A program made the position numbers and the translations under genes. A DNA stretch of 64,000 nt, from the NCBI RefSeq assembly GCF_009914755.1, contig NC_060934.1. One strand, written 5' to 3'. Within the stretch, counting starts at the first letter, position 1; the number at the start of each line of letters is the position of its first letter. The DNA comes from the human T2T-CHM13v2.0 reference genome, Homo sapiens. Positions 1 to 15,558 of the stretch are shown here, piece by piece. The notes beneath the pieces are model-generated. The model was given only the letters and a program-made list of their open reading frames with translations. It was not told the origin of the DNA and ran no database searches.

Positions 1-133
1 ACCATCATGCCCAGCTATTTTTTTTTTTGTATTTTTAGTAGAGACGGGGTTTCACCATGTTGGCCAGGATGGTCTCAATCTCCTGACCTCGTGATCTGTC
101 CACCTCGGCCTCCCAAAGTGCTGGGATTATAGG
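1..133 (-). mobile_element. Alu (left arm, cut by window edge)
   Basis: Antisense Alu consensus: gtatttttagtagagacggggtttcaccatgttggccagg...ctcccaaagtgctgggatta. Confidence 0.95.
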
Positions 134-949
134 GCACAAGAACCTTGAAGACTGGGCATTTCCATTCTCTCTTCACCGACAGCAGATGGTATACATTTAA
201 ACTAGCCTATTTGGGTCTCAGTTATCATACTTGTAAAATGGACACATTAATACGATACGAGGAAACCTGTGATAAGCATGTGAACAAGGAATCTATTTAA
301 GTTTCCATAAAAAATGTGACTCTTAGAAGCACTGCGTTATTTAAAAAACAATATTTTCGCAGAAGGCAGTAACAGTCTATTTCTTTATTCTACAGAGAAT
401 CCTCATTAGGGGCTCGTAAGATCTGTTTCTTTAAGAGGAGGAAAGGAAGTGCTGAGTAATTTCTGAGTCTCATGCCCTTTGGTCCCTGAGTATATAATCT
501 ATAGCAGTGCTTTCTGTGACACTAAAAATGGGAAGCCTGCTGTCTATATATAGTCACGGGCTCTTCATGATTGGGGCCTAGCTGCAGAAATTTCTAGAGA
601 AAAGGTGATATGCCATGGTGTTGGCAGGTAAGCACCACTTCTGGGTGTGAGGTCCATGTCAGTGAAGGAGTTAGTTAGGCCCTTAAAGGAAAACAGACCT
701 CACATGCCAATAGATACATAACTCCTAGAAATATGGCAGCTGGAATTGGTTTGGATTTAGCCTCTGCCGACTTCAGAGTGTGCAACAGCCAAATAGAACG
801 CACGTCAAGTTTTGCAAACTGTCCAGCACAGCCCGCGCTGTTTCTGTGGTTAAGCGCCATTAATACCACACAGGTGAAGAAAAAAGGGCCGGAATTTGGC
901 TCCAGGAACAAGCGAGGCACCATTTCACCCCCAGCTTCTTTCTGAGGCT

Positions 950-2310
950 CCTGGGTAGCCTCAGGCGGGCAACGGCCCCGCAGAGGAAGCGCGGGCCGCC
1001 TGGCCGGTACTTGACCTTCCCAGTCCGTTCTCACGCCACAGCCTTCCCGGCGTTGCCATGCGTAGTGGGAAGGCCGTGGACAAACTAAGAACAGTAACAA
1101 GTTGTCATGACTCAGAGACTCCTGGAAGTCTGCAGCGCCTCCAGGAGCAGCGGCCGGGCTGTGCGTCCATCGGTCCGTGCGTCTCTCGCCTGCCGCTCTG
1201 CGGCCGCGGGCCCCTCGGTGCGTCTGGGCGCGCCCGGCCCCGCGCATTCCTGGCCGGGGAGGAGAGCGCGGCGGGCGCCCTGCGCGAGCAGCTGGCCGAG
1301 CGCTGCCCCGGGTCGGAGAGCCCAGAGCTGGGGGAGGAGCCTGGCCCGGCAGCCGCCGCTCGCCCAGTCATTGGCCTTTTGTGCTGCAACTTTTCCCGAG
1401 CCTTTCGGGGAGCCACGCCGGCCCTGCGCCGTTGTCCCGGGAAACTTTGCGTCCCAGGGCCGCACCGGACCGTGGTGACCCCACGCGCCGCGCCGCCACC
1501 GGGCTCGGAAAACCCAGCGCCCCCGGGCTCTTTGGCAGTTGCGACTCCGAACGAAGGCGGCTCCGTGCGGGCCATCCCCTATCTCCCCGGGCGGGTAAGT
1601 GCCGGGGCCACGGGCGGGCGGCCGGGGTCAGAAGATGGGCGCCCGAAGGACCTTGGCCCCCAGACAAAGGCGTACTGGAAGTGGCCAAAGCTCATTTCGG
1701 CTTTCCCCGGCAGGGACTGGCCGAGGGTGGAAAAGTGGCTAACTGCACATTCGGTCCCCTGCTGGCAGAGGAGTGTGGCTGCGGGGAAACCGCGGGCCCC
1801 AGAGTGTCTGCCCAGGAGCCTGGTTCCCTTGAGTGGGAGCGCGGGGGTCAAAGCCCGTGGTTCGGGGCGCGCGCCAGTGGCTGGGATTCCCGCTCGCGGT
1901 TGGGGTCCCCGCGCGTGGTTGTGGTTGGCGCCCGTGACCAGGCTCCCTGCCAGGGTTGGGGTCCCGCCCTTGGGGGCCTCCGCGCCTTCCCACCGGGCTC
2001 TTTCCCAGCTCGTGTGGTCCTACTGGGTCGCGTGGGGGCATCCCCGGCGGGCCACGACGGCGCGTGGACTAGCCATAAAACTCTGCGCTGGATTTCCTCC
2101 GAGTTTGGGACTTTTAAATTCTCGAATAGTTACGTCAGCAGGGCCGAGCGCACTTCGGGGATCCGGCGCAACACGTGACCCGCCCGAGCGTCCCCTCCGC
2201 GTCCTTGGCTCCCGCCGCAGAGTGCGCCTCTGCCTCGGGGTGTCCTCGAAATCCAGTGTCGGGGCGCTGGGATTTGCTGCCCAGGCTCCGAGCGCCGAAT
2301 ACACCACGCT
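950..2310 (+). promoter_or_regulatory. TACC2: CpG island, internal TACC2 promoter 1
   Basis: Very high GC and CpG density; AP-1 TGACTCA 1088-1094, reverse CCAAT (ATTGG) 1370-1374, TTACGTCA 2130-2137, E-box CACGTGAC about 2173; strong splice donor inside. Boundaries approximate. Confidence 0.85.
1380..1594 (+). other. TACC2: Putative non-coding alternative first exon (start approximate)
   Basis: Consensus donor CGG|GTAAGT at 1594/1595 inside the CpG island; no AUG in the frame that joins exon 20937 (TGA at 1476-1478). Confidence 0.6.
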
Positions 2311-3628
2311 GTGGCCAGGTGTCCTCTTCAATCCTGGTCTTTTCTTAAAATGGCTTCATCATCATCACTGTTACTGTTGTTGCTATCTTCAGGCTCTGTC
2401 AAATGCTGGGACAGGAGAATGTGATAGCGGGTTGAAATACAGCTGAAATAGACATTGTGGAGGGGAAATGGAAGCGGGGCCTAAGGAGGGGCGGCTGGAG
2501 AGGATGGGGGGCCCTCGTGTCACAGGACGTGGGACATTGAGGATCCTAGGGCAGTTTCCTGTGCTATGCCAGAGGAAGGTGCGGCTCTGTTACCGGAGAG
2601 AACTCTCCCCATTCTTACTTCTCTGATTCCTTATTGAGGCCACATTTTAAAAGCCGTTTCCATGATATCTGGAAATGACTTTTTTTCCGGGACTGTGACG
2701 TGAGGCAGTGTTTGGTCTGTGAGATGCACGTGCAGATTAACAGTTGAATCTTAAGCAGTGTTTTTAGGGTTGACAGTTGATGGAACTTAGAGGAAGGGTT
2801 TTGTTGAAAATTGCACAGTGAGTTCCCTCCCGGAGCAGCTGGCTTTCCCTTCTCAGGCCAGGCGGGAGGGCCTCCTGAGAATGGGACCAGTTGAGCCAGG
2901 CGGGTGAGTGGATTCCCACGGGGCTCTTTCTCACAGGCTCTGCCTGGGACTAATTCTCCGGGAAGGAAATCGGAGCAGCAAATAGGCCAGCAGCCACCCT
3001 CCTTGTGCAAATGCCACAGCAACTCAGCTACCCAGAGTCACTAGTCTCTCATCAAAAGTTACATCCCAAGCCTCAGAAGTGTGATCATGGAATATGACCT
3101 GCTTGTATTATAGTTATTCATATACCGGTGTTATGGAACTGCCTTATGGAAATCTTCAGGTCAAATGCTGCCGCCTCTGTGGAACCTAGACAGGATTAGC
3201 CCCTTGTCTCTCCGTTCCAGCCGTCCTCTTTTCTCTCTTAAAAAAATAATGTTCAAGAAACGTGCTTGAACATTTAAAATATTTTAGCAAGAAGGAAAGT
3301 TAAAGATCAAGGTTTCGTTTTACAGATACGAAAAGAGAGACTCAAAGAAGTCCAGGGTCTTGGCCAGGGCCACACATCAAGGTAGGACTCCAACCCCAGA
3401 CCGCAGACACTTGCCCTGGTGTTCTCTGCGCCAAGTCCTGCGGCCTCGTTGGTTTTATTCGGCTTTGTATCCTGGTTATTTGTGTTTGATGCTTTTATGG
3501 AGACAGACACTGCTTGAGGAAGGATATGTCTGGTTCACAATGCCACGCCACAAGAGTAACACAGAGCCTGGGAGGTAGATGGTGGTTGAATTGAGTGACA
3601 CAGCCCCCACCTTCAAGGAGGTAGGTAG

Positions 3629-3633
<5 letters not shown>

Positions 3634-3666
<33 letters not shown>
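3634..3666. repeat. (TG)n microsatellite
   Basis: Uninterrupted TG run. Confidence 0.97.
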
Positions 3667-3667
<1 letters not shown>

Positions 3668-3714
3668 ATACCTGAGCATGCACATATGGGGCAGGCTTTG
3701 TGGTGAAGGATAAT

Positions 3715-3916
3715 GCCCCAGGAGGGGATGTCTGGAAATGTGGGAGGATATTTTTGGTTGTTCCAGTGACTAGGGAGGGAACTGCTATTAGGAGGATATT
3801 TTTGGTTGTCCCAGTGACTGGGGAGGATGCTATTGGCGTCTAGTGGGGGAGGGCTAGGGTCACTCTCATGTGAGAGTCCTGCACAGCAGAGAATTGCCTC
3901 ACCCCAATGCCAATAG
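3715..3916. mobile_element. MER20-like hAT DNA transposon fossil with internal tandem duplication
   Basis: tctggaaatgtggg...ttttggttg..cagtgact..ggg...tgcta.tggc.tctagtggg...cagagaattg...aatgccaatag resembles MER20/MER20B. Confidence 0.6.
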
Positions 3917-4784
3917 CATCTCAATAGAGGATGCTGCCAGGCTTTGAGGAATCATGAGAGACAGTTCTAATTGGGAGGATGAAAGAAAGGGTCTCTGGGC
4001 TTGCCCAGCTCTGGGCTGTAAGCGTAGATGAGACTGGAAGAGAATGAGGGCTTGATGGGGAGCACCTGTGTGTGTGTATGTGCATATGTGTACATGCATG
4101 TGTGGGTGTATTTTTTTTTTTCAGGACTTGGTTCCATAGCCAAAAGCGAAGTGTTCTTGGATTTACTGTAGCTGGGGTTTAGCAGGTCCTTGCAACTTTT
4201 GCACAGATGATCAGGAGGTGGTTTAGGAAGCTGGCAATAAAATCAGTAACTAGTGCTGGCTAGAGGAGCATAGAGATGGCTGCAGGGCTGGGTGCCCTCA
4301 TTTATCCCCTTGTGACCAAGGTCTGTGAAATCCATTTTGGTGGCTAGCTGTGTTTTTTTTCTGCCTCTCCCCTATTGAGGTCGCAGTCCTTGGTTCATAA
4401 CCCCAGTAATCATGTTCACATCAACTCCCTGCGATGACAGAACATGTTGAGGATTATGAAATCATTCAGGAGAAACGAGAGGCCTGAGAAGGAAGACCCA
4501 GGGAAACCAAAGTTTGCAGAGCAATGCATCTGAAAAACAGAGGAGCAAGTGAAATTCTCCAGGGAATGTAGAGCAGCCGACCCTTTGTAATGGAGGTGTC
4601 ATTTCAGATGTGTTGAGTGTCAGCTCTGTCCCCATCCCTCTGTCCGCTATCCACAGTGTTATAGAGTTTCAGTCTGTCACTTTGCAAGTGTATTCATGGC
4701 TGCTAATTGAGATAAAGCAAAGTCCCCAAGACTTATTTTCCTTAGGTTGGGGAAGGGCAGTATTGAGAAAGCCCAGAATTTATA

Positions 4785-4995
4785 GACAAAGATCCTATAT
4801 TGGAGTTCTTGCCCTACCCCTTACCAGCTGTGTGACCTTGAGCAAGTCGTGACGTTGTGAACTGTCTGAGTCACCTTCCTTCTCGTGGATGGTGGGGCCG
4901 CTTATCCCTGCCCACCTGGCTCTCGAAGCTGGGGAGGCCAGTGAAGTCATGCACATGAATATACTTGATAAACAAACTGTAAAGGGCTGTGCAAA
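4785..4995 (+). mobile_element. MIR
   Basis: cttaccagctgtgtgaccttgagcaagtc core. Confidence 0.6.
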
Positions 4996-5239
4996 TGGAA
5001 AGTCAGTGGTGTTCATATTTTTCATCTGGTTATGATTAAAAGTACTGATTTAGGGGAGCTCAATTTCCTAACACCTGCTGTAGCCTGTGTGCATTAGTGT
5101 TGTTTTTAAATGCAAACCAGGAGACATACTATGAAACGCAGTTCTTCCTTATTTAGAAGCTGTGTATTGACTCTGCCGTCCATGAGCTGGTTGTCTCGGC
5201 TTCCTTTTTGTTCATCCTACCTTGCTTTGCCACTCTCCT

Positions 5240-5269
5240 TTCTTTCTTTTTTTTTTTTGAGACCGTCTT

Positions 5270-5272
<3 letters not shown>
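5240..5272 (-). mobile_element. Alu 3' end remnant (poly-A tail plus terminal bases)
   Basis: tttttttttgagaccgtcttgct, separated from the Alu body at 5537 by an inserted segment. Confidence 0.7.
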
Positions 5273-5839
<567 letters not shown>

Positions 5840-6347
5840 GCCACCCTCTCTTTTAATTGTTCATTTATATTTTGCCTAGAAAATAAGTACAAACACACGA
5901 ATATGGGGCTCTTGTTAGGTCTGCTGACCTGGGGAGAAATAAATGGAAAGAGAAAGCAGCTGCCCCATTGGCTCATCTCAGGTTATTTACAGTCCCGCTA
6001 ATTCTTGTCATTCTGTGGTTGTGTCCACGCTTGGTCCTCTGAGGTCCAGGAGCTATTCTAGTGTCTGCATCATTTAGAATAGAAGGCTCCTGGCTAGCAT
6101 TCTTGCACTGAAGCTCCTTGAGGGCATGGGGGGTTGGTTTCATATCATGACTGTTCCCCCAGTGGGGCACATTCTAAATTGACAAGAGACAGTAAGCAGC
6201 TAGGCCATATGGCCATCAATAGGATCTTTTTTCTTCCTCCTTTTATACCCAGGACACCCCTCCCTCCATCCCTTGGGCTTGCTGTGGCTCCTACTTTCTG
6301 GCTCCCTGCTTCACACAGAACAGGAAAAGATTGAACATTACCTTTGT

Positions 6348-6659
6348 TTTTCTCTTTTTCTTTTTTTTTTTTTTTTGAGATGGAGTCTTACTCTGTTGTC
6401 CGGGCTGGAGTGCAGTGGTGCCATCTCAGCTCACGGCAACCCCTGCTTCCCCGGGTTCAAACTGTTCTCCTGCTTCAGCCTCCCAAGTAGCTGGGACTAC
6501 AGGCATGTGCCACCATGCCCGGCTAATTTTTGTATTTTTAGTAGAGTTGGAGTTTCACCATGTTGGCTGGGCTGGTCTTGAACTCCTGACCTCAGGCCAT
6601 CCGGCCGCCTCGGCCTCCCAAAGTGCTGGGATTACAGGTGTGAGCCACCGCGCCCAGCC
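6348..6659 (-). mobile_element. Alu (S-type)
   Basis: Full length; TSD-like gaacattaccttt / ggacgttaccttt. Confidence 0.95.
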
Positions 6660-7314
6660 TGGACGTTACCTTTCTTACCTTGACTGAAACTGGTTCATCC
6701 CAGCAACTTAGCTGGCCCAGGACTCTGCATTCTGGAACTCCCAGGTTGTCTTGTGGTCAGCCGTGTGCCAAGGTCTCTCTCTGACGGCTAACAACCCCTG
6801 CGTCATTGCTCTCTGCATCCTCAGTACCTTGTATTGTGTTTGGCAGAACAGATTTTCGGCAGTTCTTGTTGAATCAGTTAATGAATCGTCTCCTCTCTTG
6901 AACTATAGGCTCTAAGGCTTTGCTTTTTGTTCAGGGTCTAGACCTGGTTGCATTGCAGGGAGAGGAAATGGAGGTAATTTTGCTGCTTGTGTGGTTTTGG
7001 AATCAGGGAAAATCTGTAACTCTGCTAAGATGCTGAGGACTGAGTGACATTTTTTTAAACACCAACTAAAATTTTGCCTCATCTATATAAGAATACTGGT
7101 GGCATTTGTTGAGACTTCAGTTTGTTGTTTGTGGGCTGAGTGGCCTGTTCTCAGCCTGAAAAAGTTAGAGAGGAAGCTGATTGTGGCCTGAATTAAGTGT
7201 TAGCTAGACAGATCTGGTGGCAGAGGCTATTAATATCATTCTGTTAGTGCTATTTTCCATGAACCCATACTGTGTATTGAGGACCTGTAGTGAGATGATG
7301 CTATGCTTTACATG

Positions 7315-7530
7315 TTTTTTAAATTGTGATTAAACAAACCACATAAGATGTACCATCATAACCATTTTTAAGTGTACAGTTTGGTGGTAAGTATATTCAT
7401 ATTATTGTGAAACATCTCCAGAACTTACTCATCTTGCCAATCTGAACGACTGTATCCATTAAACAACAATTTCCCTTCTTCCCTTCTCTCCCCAGACCCT
7501 GGTAACACTATTAGACTTTCTATTTCTACA
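7315..7530 (-). mobile_element. Old L1 (L1MB-like) 3' end fragment
   Basis: accatttttaagtgtacagt...catctccagaact...ccctggtaac typical of antisense L1M 3'UTR. Confidence 0.7.
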
Positions 7531-7976
7531 TATATTTTTTCCTCTTATTTCTTTTAACAGTCTTTCAAGTAATGCATTTATCTCCATTTTACAGGTTCAG
7601 AAACTGAAGCTCAAAGAGGTTAATGAACTTGCCTAGGGCTTATAAATGGCGAGTAAGTGGCAGAGCTGGATTCAGGCTCAGATCTATGTCCAGAGTCTGT
7701 GCTCTTTGTACTATACTTGCTGCCCCTGCCCACCTAAGCCCCTGGACCCTCCATGTGATTTCTGTGCCCAGTGTTCTGGTGAGTCAGCGCACCTGTGGAT
7801 TTGGTGCACTGGCTTTGGGCATCCTCAGCTGAGATCTTGATCCCAGAGGGGCTGGTCCGTTCAGCTGGCTTTGTGCTGTTTTGATCAGGAGGACAGCTAC
7901 ACTTTCACTCACCTGACTGTATAGCTTCTCCCAGCATCTGGCTGAGTTTATTTGTCATCTTTTGAGAAGAACATCA

Positions 7977-8424
<448 letters not shown>

Positions 8425-9101
8425 TTAAGAGGTGATTAAATTGTGTATGAGGAGAAGGTTCCCCCTCCGTCCTGCAACTCGCCCGTCCTCACAGTAAGGT
8501 CTCCTGGGGAGCTGGAGCTGTGAGTCAGCAGGTCACCCCCTGCCTCCCGTCCTTAACTCCCAACCAGAAGCTGCCCTGCTCCCCCGCCTGGCCTAGGGGT
8601 TGGGCCAACGTGGGCACTGCTCACAGCCTCCTCCAAGCTGACCTTTCTCAGCCAGGAGACCCTGGGTTTCAGATCAGAAAATTGTTTGGGCTGGAGGGTA
8701 CCCTAGAGAGAATAGTCGAAACCCTCATTAGGTGGAAGAGGCACCCGCAGCCCTGGGAGGGGAAGGGTCTTATGCTCCCACCCCCTGGTGGTTAGAGCCA
8801 CCGCGGGTGCCCTGGCTGGTTGCGCACACCCTCTTCCTAGGGAGGCAGCACCCACTCGGCTCTCAGCACGCCACTCCCTCTTTGTCGCACATCATGAGTC
8901 GACGCTGCTCTGAGGCTGTAGGGTCCTTCGCTGAGAGAGTCAGAGCAGCTGGGATGGAGCTCAGCCTCGTGCGGCCTTGGGGAGAGGGACTTTCTGCTGT
9001 CACATTGCTCACAGTGATGAAGGGCCTGCATAGAGCCTGGTGCATGCTAGGTGCTCATAAACATTGATTCCCTTCACTTGTTGCCACCTGTATTCATTCT
9101 T

Positions 9102-9403
9102 TCTTTCTTTCTTTTTTTTTTTGAGACGGAGTCCTGCTCTGTCGTCCAGGCTGGAGTGCAGTGGCGCGATCTCAGCTCAGCTCACTGCAACCTCCGCTTC
9201 CCGGGTTCAAGTGATTCTCCTGCCTCAGCCTCCCGAGTAGCTGGATTATAGATGCGTGCCACCATGCCCAGCTAATTTTTGCATTTTTTGGTACAGAGGG
9301 GGTTTCGCCTTGTTGGCCAGGCCAAAATCCTGACCTCAGGTGATTTGCCCTCCTTGGGCTCCCAAAGTGCTGGGATTACAGGCGTGAACCACCACACCTG
9401 GCC
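9102..9403 (-). mobile_element. Alu (S-type)
   Basis: Antisense Alu; TSD ctgtattcattctt on both sides. Confidence 0.95.
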
Positions 9404-10418
9404 CTGTATTCATTCTTAATCCACACCCCAGTTGATATTCACATAGAGCCTGGGGTGCCTGAAGGAGCAGCCTGTGCACCTGAGACTCACACCTGGATGT
9501 GCAGGAGAGGCGGGAGGGAGGGTCATGTGTACTTTGAAACAGTACATTCTGTATTTTGTGTTTGGGAAACAGTACATCCTGTAGTGTTTGTCTTAATGAC
9601 GCCAGCATTTGTGGAGCACTTTGCGTGTGCTGGGCACCTTGCTACAGAAACATTCGCATGACTGGTCACAAGGCATCCTCTCCACTCCCTCTCCAGGAAG
9701 GACTGTCATTGCCATCTTTGACAGATGAGGATACTGAGGCTCCGAGAGGATCTTTTTCAAGGTTGTACAGCTCTTTATTGCTGGAGTGGGGTCAGGCTTG
9801 GGCAGTCTGGCCCCGGGCTCTGGCCTCCTATCACCTGCCCTATCCTACCTCTCCAGGGGGAGGAGGAATGGCATTTTATTTCTTCATCTGTGAAGGCTCC
9901 CAGGCATCACAGGAGTATCTAAAAAATGTCTGGGACTTTAAAAAATTTGGCTTCAAAATGTGACAAGCGCTGCTTATAATTGAAACGGGCAAATGTGCAC
10001 TTTGACGTGGCTGCAAAGCATCACATTGTATCAGCCTCATTGGCTTCTGGGCCTGGGCCTCTTCCTTGGTTCATTCATTCCAGTAAATGCATTGCTGGCT
10101 GTGGGCTAAGAATTCAGCAGGGAAGGTAGAGGTCCCTGCCCTGTTGTTGGTGGTCACGATTCCCCTGCTGGCTCTGCCATCTCTTCCTGCCCTGCCAGAG
10201 GCCTCTGCTGCCTCCCATGCCTCCCCTGGGGCTGTGCCGCTGAACTCTGGACAGGAGCTATGGCATGCCCACTAGAGGAAAGACCCGGCGGGGAGGGGGA
10301 TGGCAGCATGGGTTTCCAGGCGAGGACAGGGCCAGGGTTCTCGCCATGGGTCTCTTTGCCAAGTCGCTTAATTCCTTGAGTCTCGATCTCCTCTCCTCTT
10401 CTATAAAATAACTTGTTA

Positions 10419-10738
<320 letters not shown>

Positions 10739-11092
10739 TCATAGCAGTGATGAGGAATCATAAAAGTGGCATTTAACAAAGCTCTAAGATACCATACACA
10801 TATAAGTAACTAAGTATTTTTTTAAAAATAATTCCTTTTTTTTTTTTTGATAGCTGAAGGCTAAATCTTTAAATTGCTAGGCTTTCTCATCCGAGAGTGG
10901 AAAATCTCTGTTCTCCCTGCGTGGGCTCCAGGGTCCGTTTGATAAGCTGCTTTCCCCGGGGTCCTGTGGGAGACAGCTTCTTGTTCCTTAGCTTGAGTCA
11001 GGCCCAGAGCATGCTGTGGGATTTCCTGGCTCCTGTGCTCTTGGACGCGGGTCCCAGTCCTGACTCTGTTCTTCGCCCTCTTAAGGGGAGGG

Positions 11093-11648
<556 letters not shown>

Positions 11649-12148
11649 TGGTCTTAGAAATCTTGTTACTCACCTGGCCCCACTCCATGCCTGGCCTGCA
11701 GGGATGCCACAGGCCACACTTGTCCACCCATTTTCCAGATCCAGAAGAGATGAGTTGTTTTTCATCATCACTAAAAAGCACAATGTGCTTACCCCGAGGG
11801 ACCTGGGGAACCCACCTTTCAAAGCGCAGCTGGGGTCTGTGGGCCCCTCACCCAGAGGAATGCCAAGGGTGGCTCTGAAAAGGATGCCCTGTGTGTTCCG
11901 CATGTCGTGGTGCCTGTGCTGTGGCTTCTAACTGGTCAGTTCGGTCATGCCCAGCCTAGAACTGGCCATGAAAATGCAGATCTTGGAAGATTCCATTTTG
12001 CTGACTTATGACAGCCTTTGCTTCTCTTTTCAAAACTGATGTGAGCCCCTGGGGCTCAGCTTTCACTCTGTTGGTGAGAACTATGCCGGTGTTCTGAAGT
12101 GGGGTGCACAGTTTCCAGGGAGTCTGTTCTTGAGTTGGGTTGCTGTAG

Positions 12149-12455
<307 letters not shown>

Positions 12456-13549
12456 TCTTTAATCTTTATTAAACATAAATCAGTAATAATACCGGAGGTC
12501 TAAGGTTTTATGTGCAAGGCATGCAGTTAATAACATAGCCTTCCAACCATTAGATGTTCAAAACCCAAATCATCTTTGTTCTTCATGTCCCTTCCCTCTG
12601 CACCTAGTGTCAGGTAGATGTCATGAAGCCTCTGGAACAACTAACTCCACCTCCTCTGCAGTGGTCCCAGTGTGTCCTGCATCACCTGGCACCTGAACTG
12701 TTCCAAAGCTCTCACTTCGGCTCCACTGCCTGCATTTCTTGCCCCCTCCAATTAGTCTCCACTGTGGCACAGGCATTATCTTCTGAATATTCTGTCACTG
12801 GCCTGCGTTTAAATCTCTCATGTTCCCCATCGCCCCAGGACAACAGGCTCATGGTCTGAGCGTCTGAGGTTCCGGGGCCCCTGTCACACTGGCCCCAGCC
12901 CCAAGTGTCCAGCTAGGTGTCCCCCCAGCTGCCTGATGCTGCCGAAGTGGCTGGCATATCACGCTGTGTCCTCCAGACCCAAACGGAGCTCCATGCGTGC
13001 TGGGGAGTGGCTGTTTGCCTGCACGCCTTTGCCCAAGAAGTTCTTATTTGTTTGTCCTGAGTACAATTCCTGATTTACAGAAAAGTTGTAAGAATACTAC
13101 AAAAAACTTCCATGTTCCCTTTCCCCGATTCCGCAGTCATTGACATTTTATCACATGTGCTGTGACGTTCATCCTCTCTCTATATGAGTAATATAAATGT
13201 ATATGTACCTATATATCCATCATTGCTACTTTTTCTGAATCATTTGAGAGCAAGTTTCAGACATGAAGTCGCCACCCTCCAGCAAAACAAAAACAACCCC
13301 CGCCCCCTCCCAGTCCCCCAGTGTGCCTTTCTTGCAAACACTCTCCAGCACGAAGCCAGCGCAGCCCTGCAGCTGGGAAATCGCCATCCAGTCTTCAGAA
13401 CCTGCTCAAATTCACCAGCAGTGTACCTTTTTCCGTCTGAACCAGAATCCAGTCAAAAAGCATGTGCCATGCTCTATGTCATGCCCCCAGACTCTCCTTC
13501 CATCTGGAGTAATTCCTCAGTCTCTCCCTGTCTTTTATGACTTTTTGAG

Positions 13550-13843
<294 letters not shown>

Positions 13844-13961
13844 CATGACCTTTATGAGTACAGCTCCTTCACGCTGGAAGAAGTCCCTCAATCTGTGTCA
13901 CCTAGTTTCTTCATGGCTAGACCCTGGGTGTCTGCTTTGGGCAGGGATTCCACAGAAGTGA

Positions 13962-14420
<459 letters not shown>

Positions 14421-14660
14421 TAGCCTTTCCTTCTTCACACTCCCCCCCGCCTGCCTTGGCATCCTTTGATGGCTCTTCCTTGAATTGAGTGCCACCATTA
14501 AGGTTTCTTCCATGGCAGTTTTCTGTCCTACATGGACTAACTAGCTGGCATTGTACTGTAAGGGGGGGCTTTCCCTTCTTCCCCATTTGTTCATGACTTT
14601 ATTTAGGTCTAAATGGATTCATAGATTATTACTTTTATTCCATGGGTTATAATCCAGAAC

Positions 14661-14685
14661 TGTGTGTGTGTGTGTGTGTGTGTGT
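14661..14685. repeat. (TG)n microsatellite
   Basis: TG run. Confidence 0.95.
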
Positions 14686-15185
14686 TTGATGTTCAAATAG
14701 TCCCAGATTTGACAGTGGCAGCCCCTTTTAGGTGGTTCTTATGTCCTTTGACGCGACTCCCCCAGCTGGGAAGTAGGTACGTGTATGTACACATGCATGT
14801 GTGCACACAGCCCTCCACAACTAGTTCTGGATTTGTCTGATTCCTCTGATTGCAGCCCTGCCCTGAGGGATCTCTGGAGTCCAACCACCTTCTGTATATG
14901 CAAGCTCCTCTCTGATTGTGAGAACCTGGCTCCTATTATCCTTGATACTGGATACTATTCTTTGTAATAAATAACAAGGGGAAGGGAACAGAAGCCTTTC
15001 TGACAGAACCATCCTGGAGAGAGGGAGGGAGAAGCTTTTTTTTTTTCATCTGGAAAGCCCTTTGCACACATCGGCCTATTGAAGCACTTTGCTTGATTCA
15101 GCTATTCTCCTCTCAGGACCTGCCTGGATCATCCCAGCCTGTAGAATCCTGGGTTTCTGTGGCAGTTTGTTCTTCTGGTATCACC

Positions 15186-15558
15186 TGCTATGCTCTGAAT
15201 GTTTGTATCCCTCTCAGCCCCGAAATTCCTGTGTTGAAATCCTAACCCCTAAGGTGATGGTATGAGGAGGTGGGGCCTTCGGGAGGTGATTAGGCCATAA
15301 GGGCGGAGCCTTTGTGAATGGGATTAGTGCCCTTATAAAAAGAGGCCCCACAGCACTGCCTTGCCTCTTCTGCCACGTGAAGATGCAGTGAGAAGGAGCT
15401 GTCTGTGAACTAGGAAGGGGTCCTCATGAGACACTGAACCTGCTGGTGCCTTGATCTTGGACTTCCCAGCCTCCAGAACTGTGAGCAATACATCTCTGTT
15501 GTTCATAAGCCACCCCATCTATGAGATTCTGTTGTAGCAGCCTGAGCCAATGAAGACA
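15186..15558 (+). mobile_element. MLT1A-type MaLR solo LTR
   Basis: TG...CA ends, TSD TCACC/CCACC, MLT1 motifs gttgaaatcctaacccc, gggattagtgcccttataaaa, gatcttggacttcccagcctccagaactgtgag. Confidence 0.88.

Noticed and set aside
1492-1503. Perfect Kozak string GCCGCCACC
   Set aside because: Followed by GGG, not AUG or a near-cognate codon; expected by chance in GC-rich DNA
1058-2446. 462-aa ORF and overlapping long ORFs on both strands
   Set aside because: Stop-poor CpG island; low-complexity Pro/Gly/Arg/Ala composition, no recognisable domain, and the ORF crosses a strong splice donor
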